This document shows positions 25,571 to 35,500 of a DNA stretch of 64,000 bases, in pieces (the first letter of the stretch is position 1; each line of letters opens with the position of its first letter). The notes under the pieces are model-generated. The model made no database searches. It was not told where the DNA came from and was given only the letters and a program-made list of their open reading frames with translations. The DNA lies in the NCBI GenBank assembly GCA_964362215.1, contig CAYIDJ010000001.1:13151-77150 (forward strand). The letters are read 5' to 3'. Position numbers and translations under genes: made by a program. This DNA comes from an uncultured Candidatus Saccharibacteria bacterium (GTDB taxonomy: Bacteria; Patescibacteriota; Minisyncoccia; UBA6257; XYB1-36-10).

Positions 25571-28500
25571 GTGGCCCCTAAATCAAAAAAAAGACTGTCG
25601 GTAAAACTACCGCCACCTGCGCCCGTCCCTCCAACAAACATCATTAACCTGCGTCCAGTTCCCCCGTCCTCTTCTAACCTTAATGCGCTGTCTTCTCCGC
25701 CTAAATGGCAAAGACGCCTGCTGGCCCAACAAGACGCCACCTCTTTCTTCTCTAAATCAAAAGAGGATAATCGTATCAATCACCTCCTTCCTTGGGCGGC
25801 CAAACTTCTCGTGCCCGACTTTATTATCGGCCACCCCAATCTGGGCGATAATCTTAAAGCCCTCTATCGGGCGCCGTTTTTTAAACCCCTCCGTCTGGCT
25901 ATAATCGGCTGGCTCATCTTCGTTCTCGCCTTCGGTTACACCGCCGTCAATTCTTTAAGGTACGGCCTTGAGGCCTTCGCCTCCACCTTCGCCGACGACA
26001 CCCAAGCCGAGTTTGACGCCGGCACTCACAGCGCCACCCAGTGGGACTCCGGCAACAGCTGGTTGGAGTTAACCACTGCCGGCCAAACCGCCGGCTCCGG
26101 CGATTTTACCTCTTCCATCAAGGATTCCGCCGTCACCGCCACCTGGAACTCCTTAGCTTGGGTTCCCAACCGCCCCACCGGCAAAGAACTGCCTAATAAC
26201 GCCAACTCTGAAACCGACTACACCACCGGCAATGCCAACATGACCGGAAATTTTGGCTTATGGCACTTAAACGAATCTTCTGGCACTCTCGCTGACAGCT
26301 CCGGCGGCGGACATACCGGCTCTTATAGCGGCTCCGGCTACTCCCAAACTGGTGCCCTTAATACTGCTTTAGGCGGCTTTAGTGGTTTTCCTCTTAATGT
26401 CGGTGATATTAATGATACTGACAACTCCGCCTATATGACTATTGAAATGTGGATCTACCCCATCACTCTTGGCACTATCAGAATATTGTCTATTAAATCT
26501 GGTTCCAGCCAAAATCAATATACAATTAGGACACAAAACACCGCCGGCGTTCAAGATGAACTCTATTTCTTTATTGCCTCTTCCCTTACCGACAGCTCTA
26601 CCTATTTCGGTACCTCTAACTTAAACTTAACCGCGGGCGCCTGGCAGCATTTAGCTTTTGTTTATGACGGTACTCTCGCCGCCGCTAACCGCGTTGCTAT
26701 CTATAGAAATGGCGTTGCCGCCTCCGGTTCCGTTAGTGGCACTATTCCCACCACCTTAACTTCCTCTACTGTATCCGCTTATTTTGGCAGTGGTGCCACC
26801 GGTGGTAATGCATCTGACTCAAATCTGGACGAAATCGCTATATATAGCCGCGCTCTCTCCGCCACCGAAGTCGCCGACCACTACAAACGCGGCGCCCTCA
26901 ACTTAAAATACCAAGTCCGCAGCTGTAATGATTCCGCCTGCTCCGGCGAAAGCTTCATCGGTCCCGACGGCACCGGCTCCGATTATTACTACTGGAAAAC
27001 AACCAACGCCACCACCACCCCCTCCTTCTCTCTCACTAACGTCTCCACTAACCGCTACTTCCAGTACAAAACCTATTTCACCACCAGCGACACTTCCTAC
27101 TCTCCGGAAGTAAAAAGTGTTACTGCTGACTACTCCAACCAAGCCCCCGCCACCCCTTCCAACTCTTCACCCTCTAACGGTGCCGCGCGCCAAGACCTTA
27201 ATGCCACCTTAACCGGCTCCGCCTACTCCGATAGCGAGAGTGACACTCAAGCCAACGCCGACTGGCAGGTGGACGACGACGCGGACTTTGCCACTCCCGT
27301 CTGGACCCGCACCGCCGGCGCCGGCGAAATCACCACCACTATCAACTCCACTAACGGCACCTTCGCCAACGAACTCTCTGGTAAAACTGAACTTGACCAC
27401 AACACTGTCTACTACTGGAAAGTCCGCTACGCCGACGGCGGCCAGTGGTCTAGCTACTCCACCGCCACCTCTTTCACCACCAACTCTATCGTCACTCCCA
27501 TTAACTCATCTCCCACCAGCACCTCTACCGTCGCTACCCTCACTCCCCTCCTTATCGTCTCCGACTTCTCCGACCCTCAAAGCGGCCACACCGGCGCCTA
27601 CGCCCAGTGGCAAATTGATAATAATATTGATTTTTCTTCTACTGCCTACGATTCGGGTACTGCCACTTACAGCGCTTCCCGCTCCATCCCTATCAACGCC
27701 CTCAATAATTCCACCCTTTATTACTGGCGTGTCCGCCACCAGGATTCATCCAGTCAGTGGTCCAGCTGGTCTACAACTACTTCTTTCTCTGTCCAAATTC
27801 CGGAATCATCCGTTACGGTTATACCAATTTTCGGCAACACCACCGTTGACCAGGGCGACACTGTTAAAATTGATATACAAGTGATTAACCTAACCACCGG
27901 CGACCCCATCAACGACGCCACCGCCACCATCTCCATCTTCAGTCCTGCCAGCGCCAAACTAGTAGACACAGCCGATATGTCGTACCTTTCCAGCTCCAAC
28001 GGCATCTACCGCTACTCCTATACCGTCCCTTCCACCAGCGGCAGCTATATCTACGAAGCCGCCTCCGGCTCCGGCAGTAAAGTCGGCTACACCGCCGCTA
28101 ACTTTGAAGTTCGCACCATTGCCGCCGACCTAACCTCTACCAAATCCACCGTCACCTCCGAAGCCACCGCTCAAGGTACCGAGCGCACCGCCCAATCCTC
28201 CGAACGCACTTCCCAAGCAACCGAACGAACATCCCAAGCCGCCGAAAGAACATCGCAGGCCACCTCTCGCACCGCCGTTACCGATATTCAAACTGACGTC
28301 AACGCTATCCAGTCTAATGTTGATATTTTGATTGGCGCCCTAATTGTCACCCAAAGCACCGTCAGCGATGCCTCTCCTTCCACTACCTCTTTTGACACCG
28401 CTCTCACTAACGCCACCAATGATTTTTATAACAACGCCGTCTTAACTTTCACTTCCGGCAATTTAGACGGTCAAAGCCGCCGCGTCTCCGACTACAACGG

Positions 28501-30862
28501 CACAACTAATGTCATAACCTTAGACCCCGCTTTAACCTCCGCCCCCGCTAATAGTGATGCTTTTACTATTGTCGCCCAAAATGTGCGCGTGGAAGAACAA
28601 CTAGCCTCCCACGAAACCTCCCAGTCCAGTTTCCGCACTTCCGTCACCTCCAGCTTAACCAGTATTGAAGGAAAAATTGACACTTTAACCACCACCCTAA
28701 ACACCGTGGACACCAACTTAAGCAGCGTCCAGTCTACCGTCAACTCACTCCGCACCTCCCAGCAAAAACTTTATCAGGTTAATCTTTCTGACGTTTCTGA
28801 AATCCAGGCCGGTAACACCTACCGCGCTAAAGTTATCGTCTTAGACTACCAATCTAACCCCGCTACTCCCTCCACCGCCCCCACCATCCTCATCCGCGAC
28901 GCCAGCCGCGTTCTGGCCCTGGCTACTACCACTATGACCGAACTCTCCACCGGCGTTTATGAATACACTTCCGCCGTTTCCTCCTCCGCCACCACCGGCC
29001 TCTGGGAGACCATCATTAATGTTGGCATCGGCGGCTCCGCCGATATCGTTCGCAATGACTACTGGCAGGTCACCGGCGCCCCGGCGCAGGTCCTCGTCAA
29101 CTCCATCAGCGACTCTTCTATTCCCTCTATTTCCGCTAACGTTACCATCACCAACGAGGGTGGTGGCGCTTACGAATATCAGTATGAATGGTGTGTCGTC
29201 TCCTCTCAAGACAACCAGTGCGGCGGCAATGATGACGTTTATTATGCCTCCGCCGCCAAACTAATTTCCGCCGGCGCCGACTTCAACCCCACCTTAACCG
29301 CCACCGTCTCTTCTGACGGCTCCTACTGGTTTAAGGTTGTCGTCTACTATGGCACCGCCGCCTCCGGCGCCTCCCGCTCCTTCACCACTTCCGCCGAAGA
29401 AAGTGCCTCTCTCCCCGCCAGTAGCGGCGCCGCCGGTATTGACGCCCCGCCCGCCGCCACCAACGCCAATATCTATCTCGCCATCAATAACGTCAAAAAC
29501 GACCTGGCGGCCAACTCCAAAAAACTGGAGCGCGCCCTGGAAGTTCTGGGCGCCATCAGTCCCTCTCTCCAAACCGTTCTTTCCGTCAACGCCGACAAAA
29601 TTGACAATCTCACCGACATCCAAAACAAAATCTCCGACTTGCGCGCCATCTCCTCCGCCACCCGCCGCCTAATTGAGCAATCTGTCGCCGAGCCGTTAGT
29701 GGAAACCTGGATGACCTTCAACTCCGTCCAGTTTAACTTCCTCATCAGCAACCCCCTTTCTGAAAACAAAACTCTGAAATTCAAATCCTATCTCCCCTCC
29801 GAAGTGAGGCCCGAACACATCATTGACCTAAGCGGACTTACTCTTGATTACGACCCCGCCGCCGGTAGCTACTTCGTCCATAGCGATATCACCCTCAGCG
29901 GCAACGAAACCATCACCAAAAAAGTGGAAATTAAAGACATCTGGACTTTCACCGACGAAGAAATTAAATCCCTCCGCGACCAGGCCGGTACTCTCTCCGC
30001 CCCTCTCTCCGGCACCCAGTACGATGCTCAAGGCGCCGTTCTCAAAAACGAAATTGAAGCTGTTTTAAATACGGTTCTTATCGGCCAGAAAGAAAACTAC
30101 CGCTCCCCCCAGGATCATATCGTTGCCTACCGTTCCAATAAAGAAAAAATTGATCTGGTTAAAAAGGACTTGGAAAAACTCAAGGATTTGGCCGTTTCCT
30201 CCGGCGCCTCCCGCGGTATTGTCGGCAGTGTCGGCGGCATCCAGACCTTTGCCACTTGGGGAATAATTCTGACCATGATTTCCGGTTTCGGAATTTTAGC
30301 AGCCGTTATCTTTTCTATGTGGCGCCATCAAACTATGCTGGCCGCCCTCGCTTTAGGCATTTCCAAAAAAGACATAGCGGTTGAATTCGGCCGCCGCCGA
30401 CAGCAACCGAAACCCACTTCTAAAATCATTCCCCGCGACCAATCCGACCCCTCCCCGCCCGACCCACCATCAGAACACCGCCTTATCGTCTCCGTTGTTG
30501 TTATTATCCTGGCCTTCCTCGCCTTCAAATTCCTGATTCCTCTACTCTCTTCCCGCTCCACTGAAATTAAAAGCGAAGATATCTCCGCTCTCCCCGCCGA
30601 CTCTTCCTCTCTTGCCTCCTCTATCTCTCCCGACACGGCTACTAACCTTCCGCCCTCTACCTATCTTCAAATCACCACTACCCCCACCGGCTGGCTCAAC
30701 GTTCGCAGTAACTCATCGCTTACCGGAGAAGTTCTAACCAAGGTCAACCCGGGAGAAAAATACGAATATATCTCCGTTCAAGACGATTGGTATGAAATTA
30801 TCTTAACTGACGGCCGTCATGGCTGGATTTCCAGCCAGTATGCCGCCAAAGTTTCCGAATAA
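25571..30862 (+). CDS. Giant cell-surface protein (1763 aa): N-terminal transmembrane anchor, LamG/concanavalin-like domain, two FN3-like domains, Ser/Thr-rich repeats and coiled-coil, two C-terminal transmembrane helices, C-terminal SH3b domain
   Basis: LamG_3 signature LDEIAIYSRALSATEVADHYKRG. Paired YYWKVRYADGGQWSSYSTATSFTT / YYWRVRHQDSSSQWSSWSTTTSFSV. Tandem ERTSQAT octapeptides. C-terminal SH3b-like segment GWLNVRSNSSLTGEVLTKVNPGEKYEYISVQDDWYEIILTDGRHGWISSQY. Confidence 0.75.
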   Translation: MAPKSKKRLSVKLPPPAPVPPTNIINLRPVPPSSSNLNALSSPPKWQRRLLAQQDATSFFSKSKEDNRINHLLPWAAKLLVPDFIIGHPNLGDNLKALYRAPFFKPLRLAIIGWLIFVLAFGYTAVNSLRYGLEAFASTFADDTQAEFDAGTHSATQWDSGNSWLELTTAGQTAGSGDFTSSIKDSAVTATWNSLAWVPNRPTGKELPNNANSETDYTTGNANMTGNFGLWHLNESSGTLADSSGGGHTGSYSGSGYSQTGALNTALGGFSGFPLNVGDINDTDNSAYMTIEMWIYPITLGTIRILSIKSGSSQNQYTIRTQNTAGVQDELYFFIASSLTDSSTYFGTSNLNLTAGAWQHLAFVYDGTLAAANRVAIYRNGVAASGSVSGTIPTTLTSSTVSAYFGSGATGGNASDSNLDEIAIYSRALSATEVADHYKRGALNLKYQVRSCNDSACSGESFIGPDGTGSDYYYWKTTNATTTPSFSLTNVSTNRYFQYKTYFTTSDTSYSPEVKSVTADYSNQAPATPSNSSPSNGAARQDLNATLTGSAYSDSESDTQANADWQVDDDADFATPVWTRTAGAGEITTTINSTNGTFANELSGKTELDHNTVYYWKVRYADGGQWSSYSTATSFTTNSIVTPINSSPTSTSTVATLTPLLIVSDFSDPQSGHTGAYAQWQIDNNIDFSSTAYDSGTATYSASRSIPINALNNSTLYYWRVRHQDSSSQWSSWSTTTSFSVQIPESSVTVIPIFGNTTVDQGDTVKIDIQVINLTTGDPINDATATISIFSPASAKLVDTADMSYLSSSNGIYRYSYTVPSTSGSYIYEAASGSGSKVGYTAANFEVRTIAADLTSTKSTVTSEATAQGTERTAQSSERTSQATERTSQAAERTSQATSRTAVTDIQTDVNAIQSNVDILIGALIVTQSTVSDASPSTTSFDTALTNATNDFYNNAVLTFTSGNLDGQSRRVSDYNGTTNVITLDPALTSAPANSDAFTIVAQNVRVEEQLASHETSQSSFRTSVTSSLTSIEGKIDTLTTTLNTVDTNLSSVQSTVNSLRTSQQKLYQVNLSDVSEIQAGNTYRAKVIVLDYQSNPATPSTAPTILIRDASRVLALATTTMTELSTGVYEYTSAVSSSATTGLWETIINVGIGGSADIVRNDYWQVTGAPAQVLVNSISDSSIPSISANVTITNEGGGAYEYQYEWCVVSSQDNQCGGNDDVYYASAAKLISAGADFNPTLTATVSSDGSYWFKVVVYYGTAASGASRSFTTSAEESASLPASSGAAGIDAPPAATNANIYLAINNVKNDLAANSKKLERALEVLGAISPSLQTVLSVNADKIDNLTDIQNKISDLRAISSATRRLIEQSVAEPLVETWMTFNSVQFNFLISNPLSENKTLKFKSYLPSEVRPEHIIDLSGLTLDYDPAAGSYFVHSDITLSGNETITKKVEIKDIWTFTDEEIKSLRDQAGTLSAPLSGTQYDAQGAVLKNEIEAVLNTVLIGQKENYRSPQDHIVAYRSNKEKIDLVKKDLEKLKDLAVSSGASRGIVGSVGGIQTFATWGIILTMISGFGILAAVIFSMWRHQTMLAALALGISKKDIAVEFGRRRQQPKPTSKIIPRDQSDPSPPDPPSEHRLIVSVVVIILAFLAFKFLIPLLSSRSTEIKSEDISALPADSSSLASSISPDTATNLPPSTYLQITTTPTGWLNVRSNSSLTGEVLTKVNPGEKYEYISVQDDWYEIILTDGRHGWISSQYAAKVSE

Positions 30863-31345
30863 ATGTCTCCTTCTTACGAAGAATTTTACCGCTCCTCCTC
30901 AATTTCCATCGGTATCTTTATCTTCCTTGCCGGACTTATCCTGCCCGCTCTCCTTATCCCCCTCGTCAATCTTACCGCCTGCCCCGTCGCCGACCCGCTC
31001 TGCTTCGGGAGTTATTCGGAAGTTATTGAAGAACTCGCTAAAGCGGCTGTGGTGCTCCTGCTGATTCTCAAACTGCCAACCGCTACCACCCGCCTCCTCG
31101 CTGGTTTGGCTTTCGGCTTCCTGTTCGGCGTCTCCGAAAGCTTTTTTTATTTAAATAATCTTTTTCAGCTTGGTAATCTCGGCTTATTCTGGCAACGGCT
31201 TCTCTGGACTGTCCCTATGCATATGATCACCGCCGCCGTCATCGTCCTCTCCGCTCTAATAAATAAAAAACTTATTATTCTCGGCTTTATCGCCGCCCTC
31301 ACTCTTCATCTGCTCTTCAATAATCTCATCACTAAGTTCTTCTAA
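30863..31345 (+). CDS. PrsW/CPBP (CAAX-protease-like) family intramembrane metalloprotease, translationally coupled to the giant protein gene
   Basis: Motifs EELAK (EExxK), FGFLFGVSESFFY, HMITAAV and HLLFNN (HxxxN) across five or six transmembrane helices. ATG sits 0 nt after the upstream stop. Confidence 0.55.
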   Translation: MSPSYEEFYRSSSISIGIFIFLAGLILPALLIPLVNLTACPVADPLCFGSYSEVIEELAKAAVVLLLILKLPTATTRLLAGLAFGFLFGVSESFFYLNNLFQLGNLGLFWQRLLWTVPMHMITAAVIVLSALINKKLIILGFIAALTLHLLFNNLITKFF

Positions 31346-31363
31346 GTCAGCGCTTCATAACTA

Positions 31364-31392
31364 AAACCCCCGAGTACTCGGGGGTTTTAGTT
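31364..31392 (+). terminator. Rho-independent terminator (aaaacccccgagtactcgggggtttt)
   Basis: 9-bp GC stem with flanking A and T runs. Bidirectional, and also sits 3' of the tmRNA. Confidence 0.8.
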
Positions 31393-31393
31393 A

Positions 31394-31777
31394 TGTGGAG
31401 ATGATGGGAATTGAACCCACGTCCGATCTGGAAATTCAGTAACTTCTACAGGCGTATACTGGCTATTTTTTGCGTCGGCAAGTTTAAGCCAGTCGTAATG
31501 CTTGCCGCCGCCATCCCTGTGCCTTTTCCTCTTTGCTTCCGGTCTGCCGAAGCGAGAGTAAGTCCGCTTTTATAACACCGCTCTCCGTCCCCGCGAACAT
31601 AGAGACAGAACGATGGTCCCGAATATATATCGGAACGGTCAGTTCAGCTTAAGCGTAAGCTAAAGCCGGCTGCCTGTTGAATACATTGGCATGTATTATT
31701 TTTGACGCGTTTACGGCCGCCGTCCCACCGGCCTGCTATTACTGATTTTCTTCAACCGTCGATGCCTTGCATCCCCT
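31394..31777 (-). ncRNA. ssrA: tmRNA (SsrA)
   Basis: 5' GGGGATGCAAGGCATCGACGG.... 3' tRNA-Ala-like end GTGGGTTCAATTCCCATCATCTCCA with a G3:U70 pair and A73. The internal frame GCC AAT GTA TTC AAC AGG CAG CCG GCT TTA GCT TAC GCT TAA gives tag ANVFNRQPALAYA. smpB is adjacent. Confidence 0.8.
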
Positions 31778-31880
31778 ACCTTATTCCCAACTTCTTACCC
31801 AAGAAGATGAAAATCTGTTTTGGAAATTATTTTCGAGGCTTATCAGAACTTAGACGCTCCAATATCTCTATCCTTATCAG

Positions 31881-32031
31881 CCATCCCCATAATGTCTTGA
31901 GGGGCGCGTCGGAGCTCGCCGCGCTTGGTCCAAACACTCAAGATAATTGAGTACTTGGGCGGCGGGCGAGACTGAGAGCGGACGGCCGCTGGAGCCGTCC
32001 GACTCGTCCCCGATGGATATTATGGGGATGG
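31881..32031. repeat. Family-4 MITE-like element (151 nt, 13-bp terminal inverted repeats ccatccccataat/attatggggatgg), copy A
   Basis: Near-identical to 39657-39807. The interior has hairpins actcaa-gataa-ttgagt and ggacggc-cgctggag-ccgtcc. Confidence 0.8.
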
Positions 32032-32083
32032 CTGTTTCAGTAAATTGCGGATCAACCGCCAAAATAACTTCCAAAACATTTAT

Positions 32084-32524
32084 TTACATTTTCAATATTC
32101 TATCAATCTTCCTGACTGCCTCCTTCTTCTTTATCTTCTCCCTCTTATCATACTTCTTTTTCTTTCTTCCCACTCCTAAGAGCACCTTTACTCTTCTTCC
32201 CTTATTATACACTTTCAAAGCCACTATTGTCAAGCCGCGTTCCTCCGATTTTCCTCTCAATCTTTCTATCTCCTGCCGGTGCAGCAGCAGCCGCCGCGTC
32301 CGGCTGGAATCAAAACCATCTGGTTCATTCCCCGGCTGGTACGGCGCGATTTCCGTTCCCACCAAATACGCCTCTACCCCGCGCACAATCGCCTGCGCTC
32401 CCGTTATCTGCATCTTCCCCGCCCGCGCCGCCTTCACCTCAAATCCGGTCAGCTCTATCCCCGCCTCTATTTCCTCTATTATTTCATAATCAAACCTTAC
32501 CCTTTTGTTCTCCGCTAATGCCAT
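32084..32524 (-). CDS. smpB: SsrA-binding protein SmpB
   Basis: MALAENKRVRFDYEIIEEIEAGIELTGFEVKAARAGKMQITGAQAIVRG... Start trimmed to Met at 32524. The longer ORF extends into non-homologous sequence. Confidence 0.85.
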   Translation of the reverse strand: MALAENKRVRFDYEIIEEIEAGIELTGFEVKAARAGKMQITGAQAIVRGVEAYLVGTEIAPYQPGNEPDGFDSSRTRRLLLHRQEIERLRGKSEERGLTIVALKVYNKGRRVKVLLGVGRKKKKYDKREKIKKKEAVRKIDRILKM

Positions 32525-32591
32525 AAACTTTAGTATAGGCCGAAAAGCGCGACTTAACAAAGCCCCTTTTTTGCCGTAAAATGAAGCCATT

Positions 32592-35500
32592 ATGGCTACC
32601 ACCGACAACCGCCCTCTTCCTGAACGAGAAAAAGAAATCCTCGCCTTCTGGGAGGATAAAAAAATTTTTACCAAATCCCTCCAACAAACTGCCAAGGGTA
32701 AACCTTTTGTTTTTTATGAAGGCCCCCCTTCCGCCAACGGCCGCCCCGGCCTCCACCACGTTCTTGCTCGCGCTTTCAAAGACATCATCTGCCGCTATCA
32801 GACCATGTGCGGCCGCTATGTCGCCCGCCGCGCCGGCTGGGACACCCACGGCCTCCCCGTGGAAGTCCAGGTGGAAAAAGAGTTGGGACTGAAAAGTAAG
32901 CGCGATATTGAAAATATCGTCCCCGGCGACCGCCGCGCCAGCATCATCACCTTCAACCAGAAATGCCAAGAATCCGTCTGGCGCTACCGCGACCTCTGGG
33001 AAAAGTTAACTTCTCGTATGGGCTATTGGTTAGATATGGAAAATCCTTATGTTACTTATGAACCGGAATATATCGAATCTCTCTGGTGGATTATATCCCA
33101 AGTTAACCGCCAAGGCCTTCTTTACCAAGGCCATAAAATTCTTCATTGGTGTCCCCGTTGCGGCACCGGCCTCTCCTCTCACGAAATCGCTCAGGGTTAC
33201 CAAACCGTCACCGACACCTCTGTTTTCGTAAAATTCAAACTCGCCCCTCATCAAAAAATCGGTAAAATAACCGTCCCCGCCAATACCTATATTCTATCCT
33301 GGACCACCACCCCTTGGACCCTCCCCGGCAACGTCGCTTTAGCGGTCAATAAAAATATAAAATACGTTCTCGTTAAAATTGGCTCCGAAAACTTTATCGC
33401 TTCGGCGGACTTTCTCTTCCAACTCAAAGAAAAAACAATTTCTGTATCCAATAAACAAATCAAAGGCCAGAATCTGATCGGCCTTAAATACGAGCCGCTC
33501 TTTAACATTCCCAAACTTAAATCCCCCGCCTCCCATCAAATTTATCACGCCGATTTTGTTACTACCTCCGAAGGCGCCGGCATCGTCCACACCGCCGTTA
33601 TGTATGGCGAAGACGACTACGAACTGGGCCAAAAATATAATCTTCCCGCCATCCACACCGTGGATGACGCCGGCCGCTTTCTTAAATTCGTCTCCGCCGG
33701 CCTCGCCGGCCTTGCCGTCAAAGATTCCGCCACCACCAAGAAAATCATCTCTTATCTGGAAAATAAAAACTTCCTCCTTAAAACCGCTCCCTACGAACAC
33801 GAATACCCTTTCTGCTGGCGCTGCGACACGCCCGTCATCTACTACGCCCGCTCTTCCTGGTTTATCAAGATGTCCGCCCTCAAAGACAAACTCATTAAAA
33901 ATAACTCGTCCATCAGCTGGGTTCCCTCTCATCTTAAAAATGGTCGCTTCGGTGAATGGTTAAGTAACGTCAAGGACTGGGCTGTTTCCCGCGAACGCTA
34001 CTGGGCCACTCCTTTACCCATCTGGCTCTGCTCCTCTTGTAATCACCTAGAAGTTATCGGCAGTTTGTCCGAATTAGATAAACTCACTGTCTCCTCCAAT
34101 AACCGCTTTTTCATTATGCGCCACGGTCAAGCTCTCTCTAACGTCAAAAACTTCTTGAGCTCTTACCCGGAAAAACGCCTCAACCCCCTCACTCCCGCCG
34201 GCGCTAAAGAAATGCTGTCCGCCGCCGCCCGCCTTAAATCAAAAAAGATTGATCTTATTGTTTCCTCCGACCTCCCTCGCGCCCACGCTACTGCCAAACT
34301 CATCGCCTCTGCTCTCGGCATTAAAAAAGTCGCTATTGACAAGCGCCTGCGCGAGCGCGACTTCGGCCAAGATAACGGCCTGCCGATTAAAAACGCTGAC
34401 TCCTCGCAACACGAACCGCTATCCAGTATCCGCGCCCGCGTAATAAAAGCGCTTTTTGACACCGACCGCCAGTATCAAAATAAAAACATTCTTTTTATCA
34501 GTCACGGTTCTCCTCTGCTTACTCTTCGCCTCGCCGCCGAAAACACTGACAATACTCTCCCCGTCAATGAACCTCTTTTGCCTACCGGCGGCTGGCAGGA
34601 GCTTAAACTGAAACGTCTTCCCCGAAACGACGATGGCGCCGTAGACCTTCACCGCCCTTATATTGATGAAGTTAAGCTCTCCTGCCCCTCCTGCCGCCAT
34701 TCCCTGACTCGCGTACCCGATCTCCTTGATGTTTGGTTTGACTCCGGCGCCATGCCTTTTGCCGCCCCCCGCTTCCCTTTCGCCGTCAAAAAACTTGCCG
34801 CCACCGACTATCCCGCCGACTATATCTCCGAAGCCGTTGACCAGACCCGCGGCTGGTTCTATACCCTTCTTGCCGTCTCTACTCTCTTAGGTTTCAAAGC
34901 TCCTTACCGCCACGTCATCTCCTTGGGACACCTCAACGATAAACACGGCCAGAAAATGTCCAAATCTCGCGGCAATATAGTTGACGCGGAAGAAATGATG
35001 GAACGCTACGGCGCCGATATTGTCCGCTGGCACTTTTACACCATTAACCAACCCGGCGACACCAAAAACTTTGACGAATCCGACCTCAAGAAAGTTACTA
35101 ATCGGGTTTTTAATATTCTTCAAAACTCTCTTGTCTTCTACCAAACATACCGCGCCTCGCCGAAACTTCATGCACAACCTAAGTATAGTCAAAGGACAAA
35201 AAACATTCTGGATCTCTGGCTCGCCGCCCGCCTCACTGCCACCAAACTGGAGATAACTTCTCGATTAGACAAATACGACGTTTATCACGCCGCCTTAAGT
35301 ATTGAAAAATTAATTGACGATCTTTCTCGCTGGTATATCCGCCGCTCCCGTTCCCGCTTTCAACAACCCACTTCTACCTCCGACCACGTTGCCGCCTCTG
35401 TCACTCTCCGCTCCGCCCTTATGGAAATATCCGCCCTTCTCGCTCCCTTCACGCCCTTCTTCGCTGAGTGGCTCTATAAAGAACTGGGTGGCTCTAAAGA

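Noticed and set aside
26903-29784. Numerous Pro-, Gly- and Ala-rich ORFs on both strands inside 25571-30862
   Set aside because: They are frame artefacts of the Ser/Thr/Ala-rich giant surface-protein gene. The single 1763-aa frame explains the region.
31702-32074. Two ORFs (82 and 65 aa) from the ORF track
   Set aside because: They lie within the tmRNA gene and the Family-4 MITE-like element, which are non-coding structured sequences.
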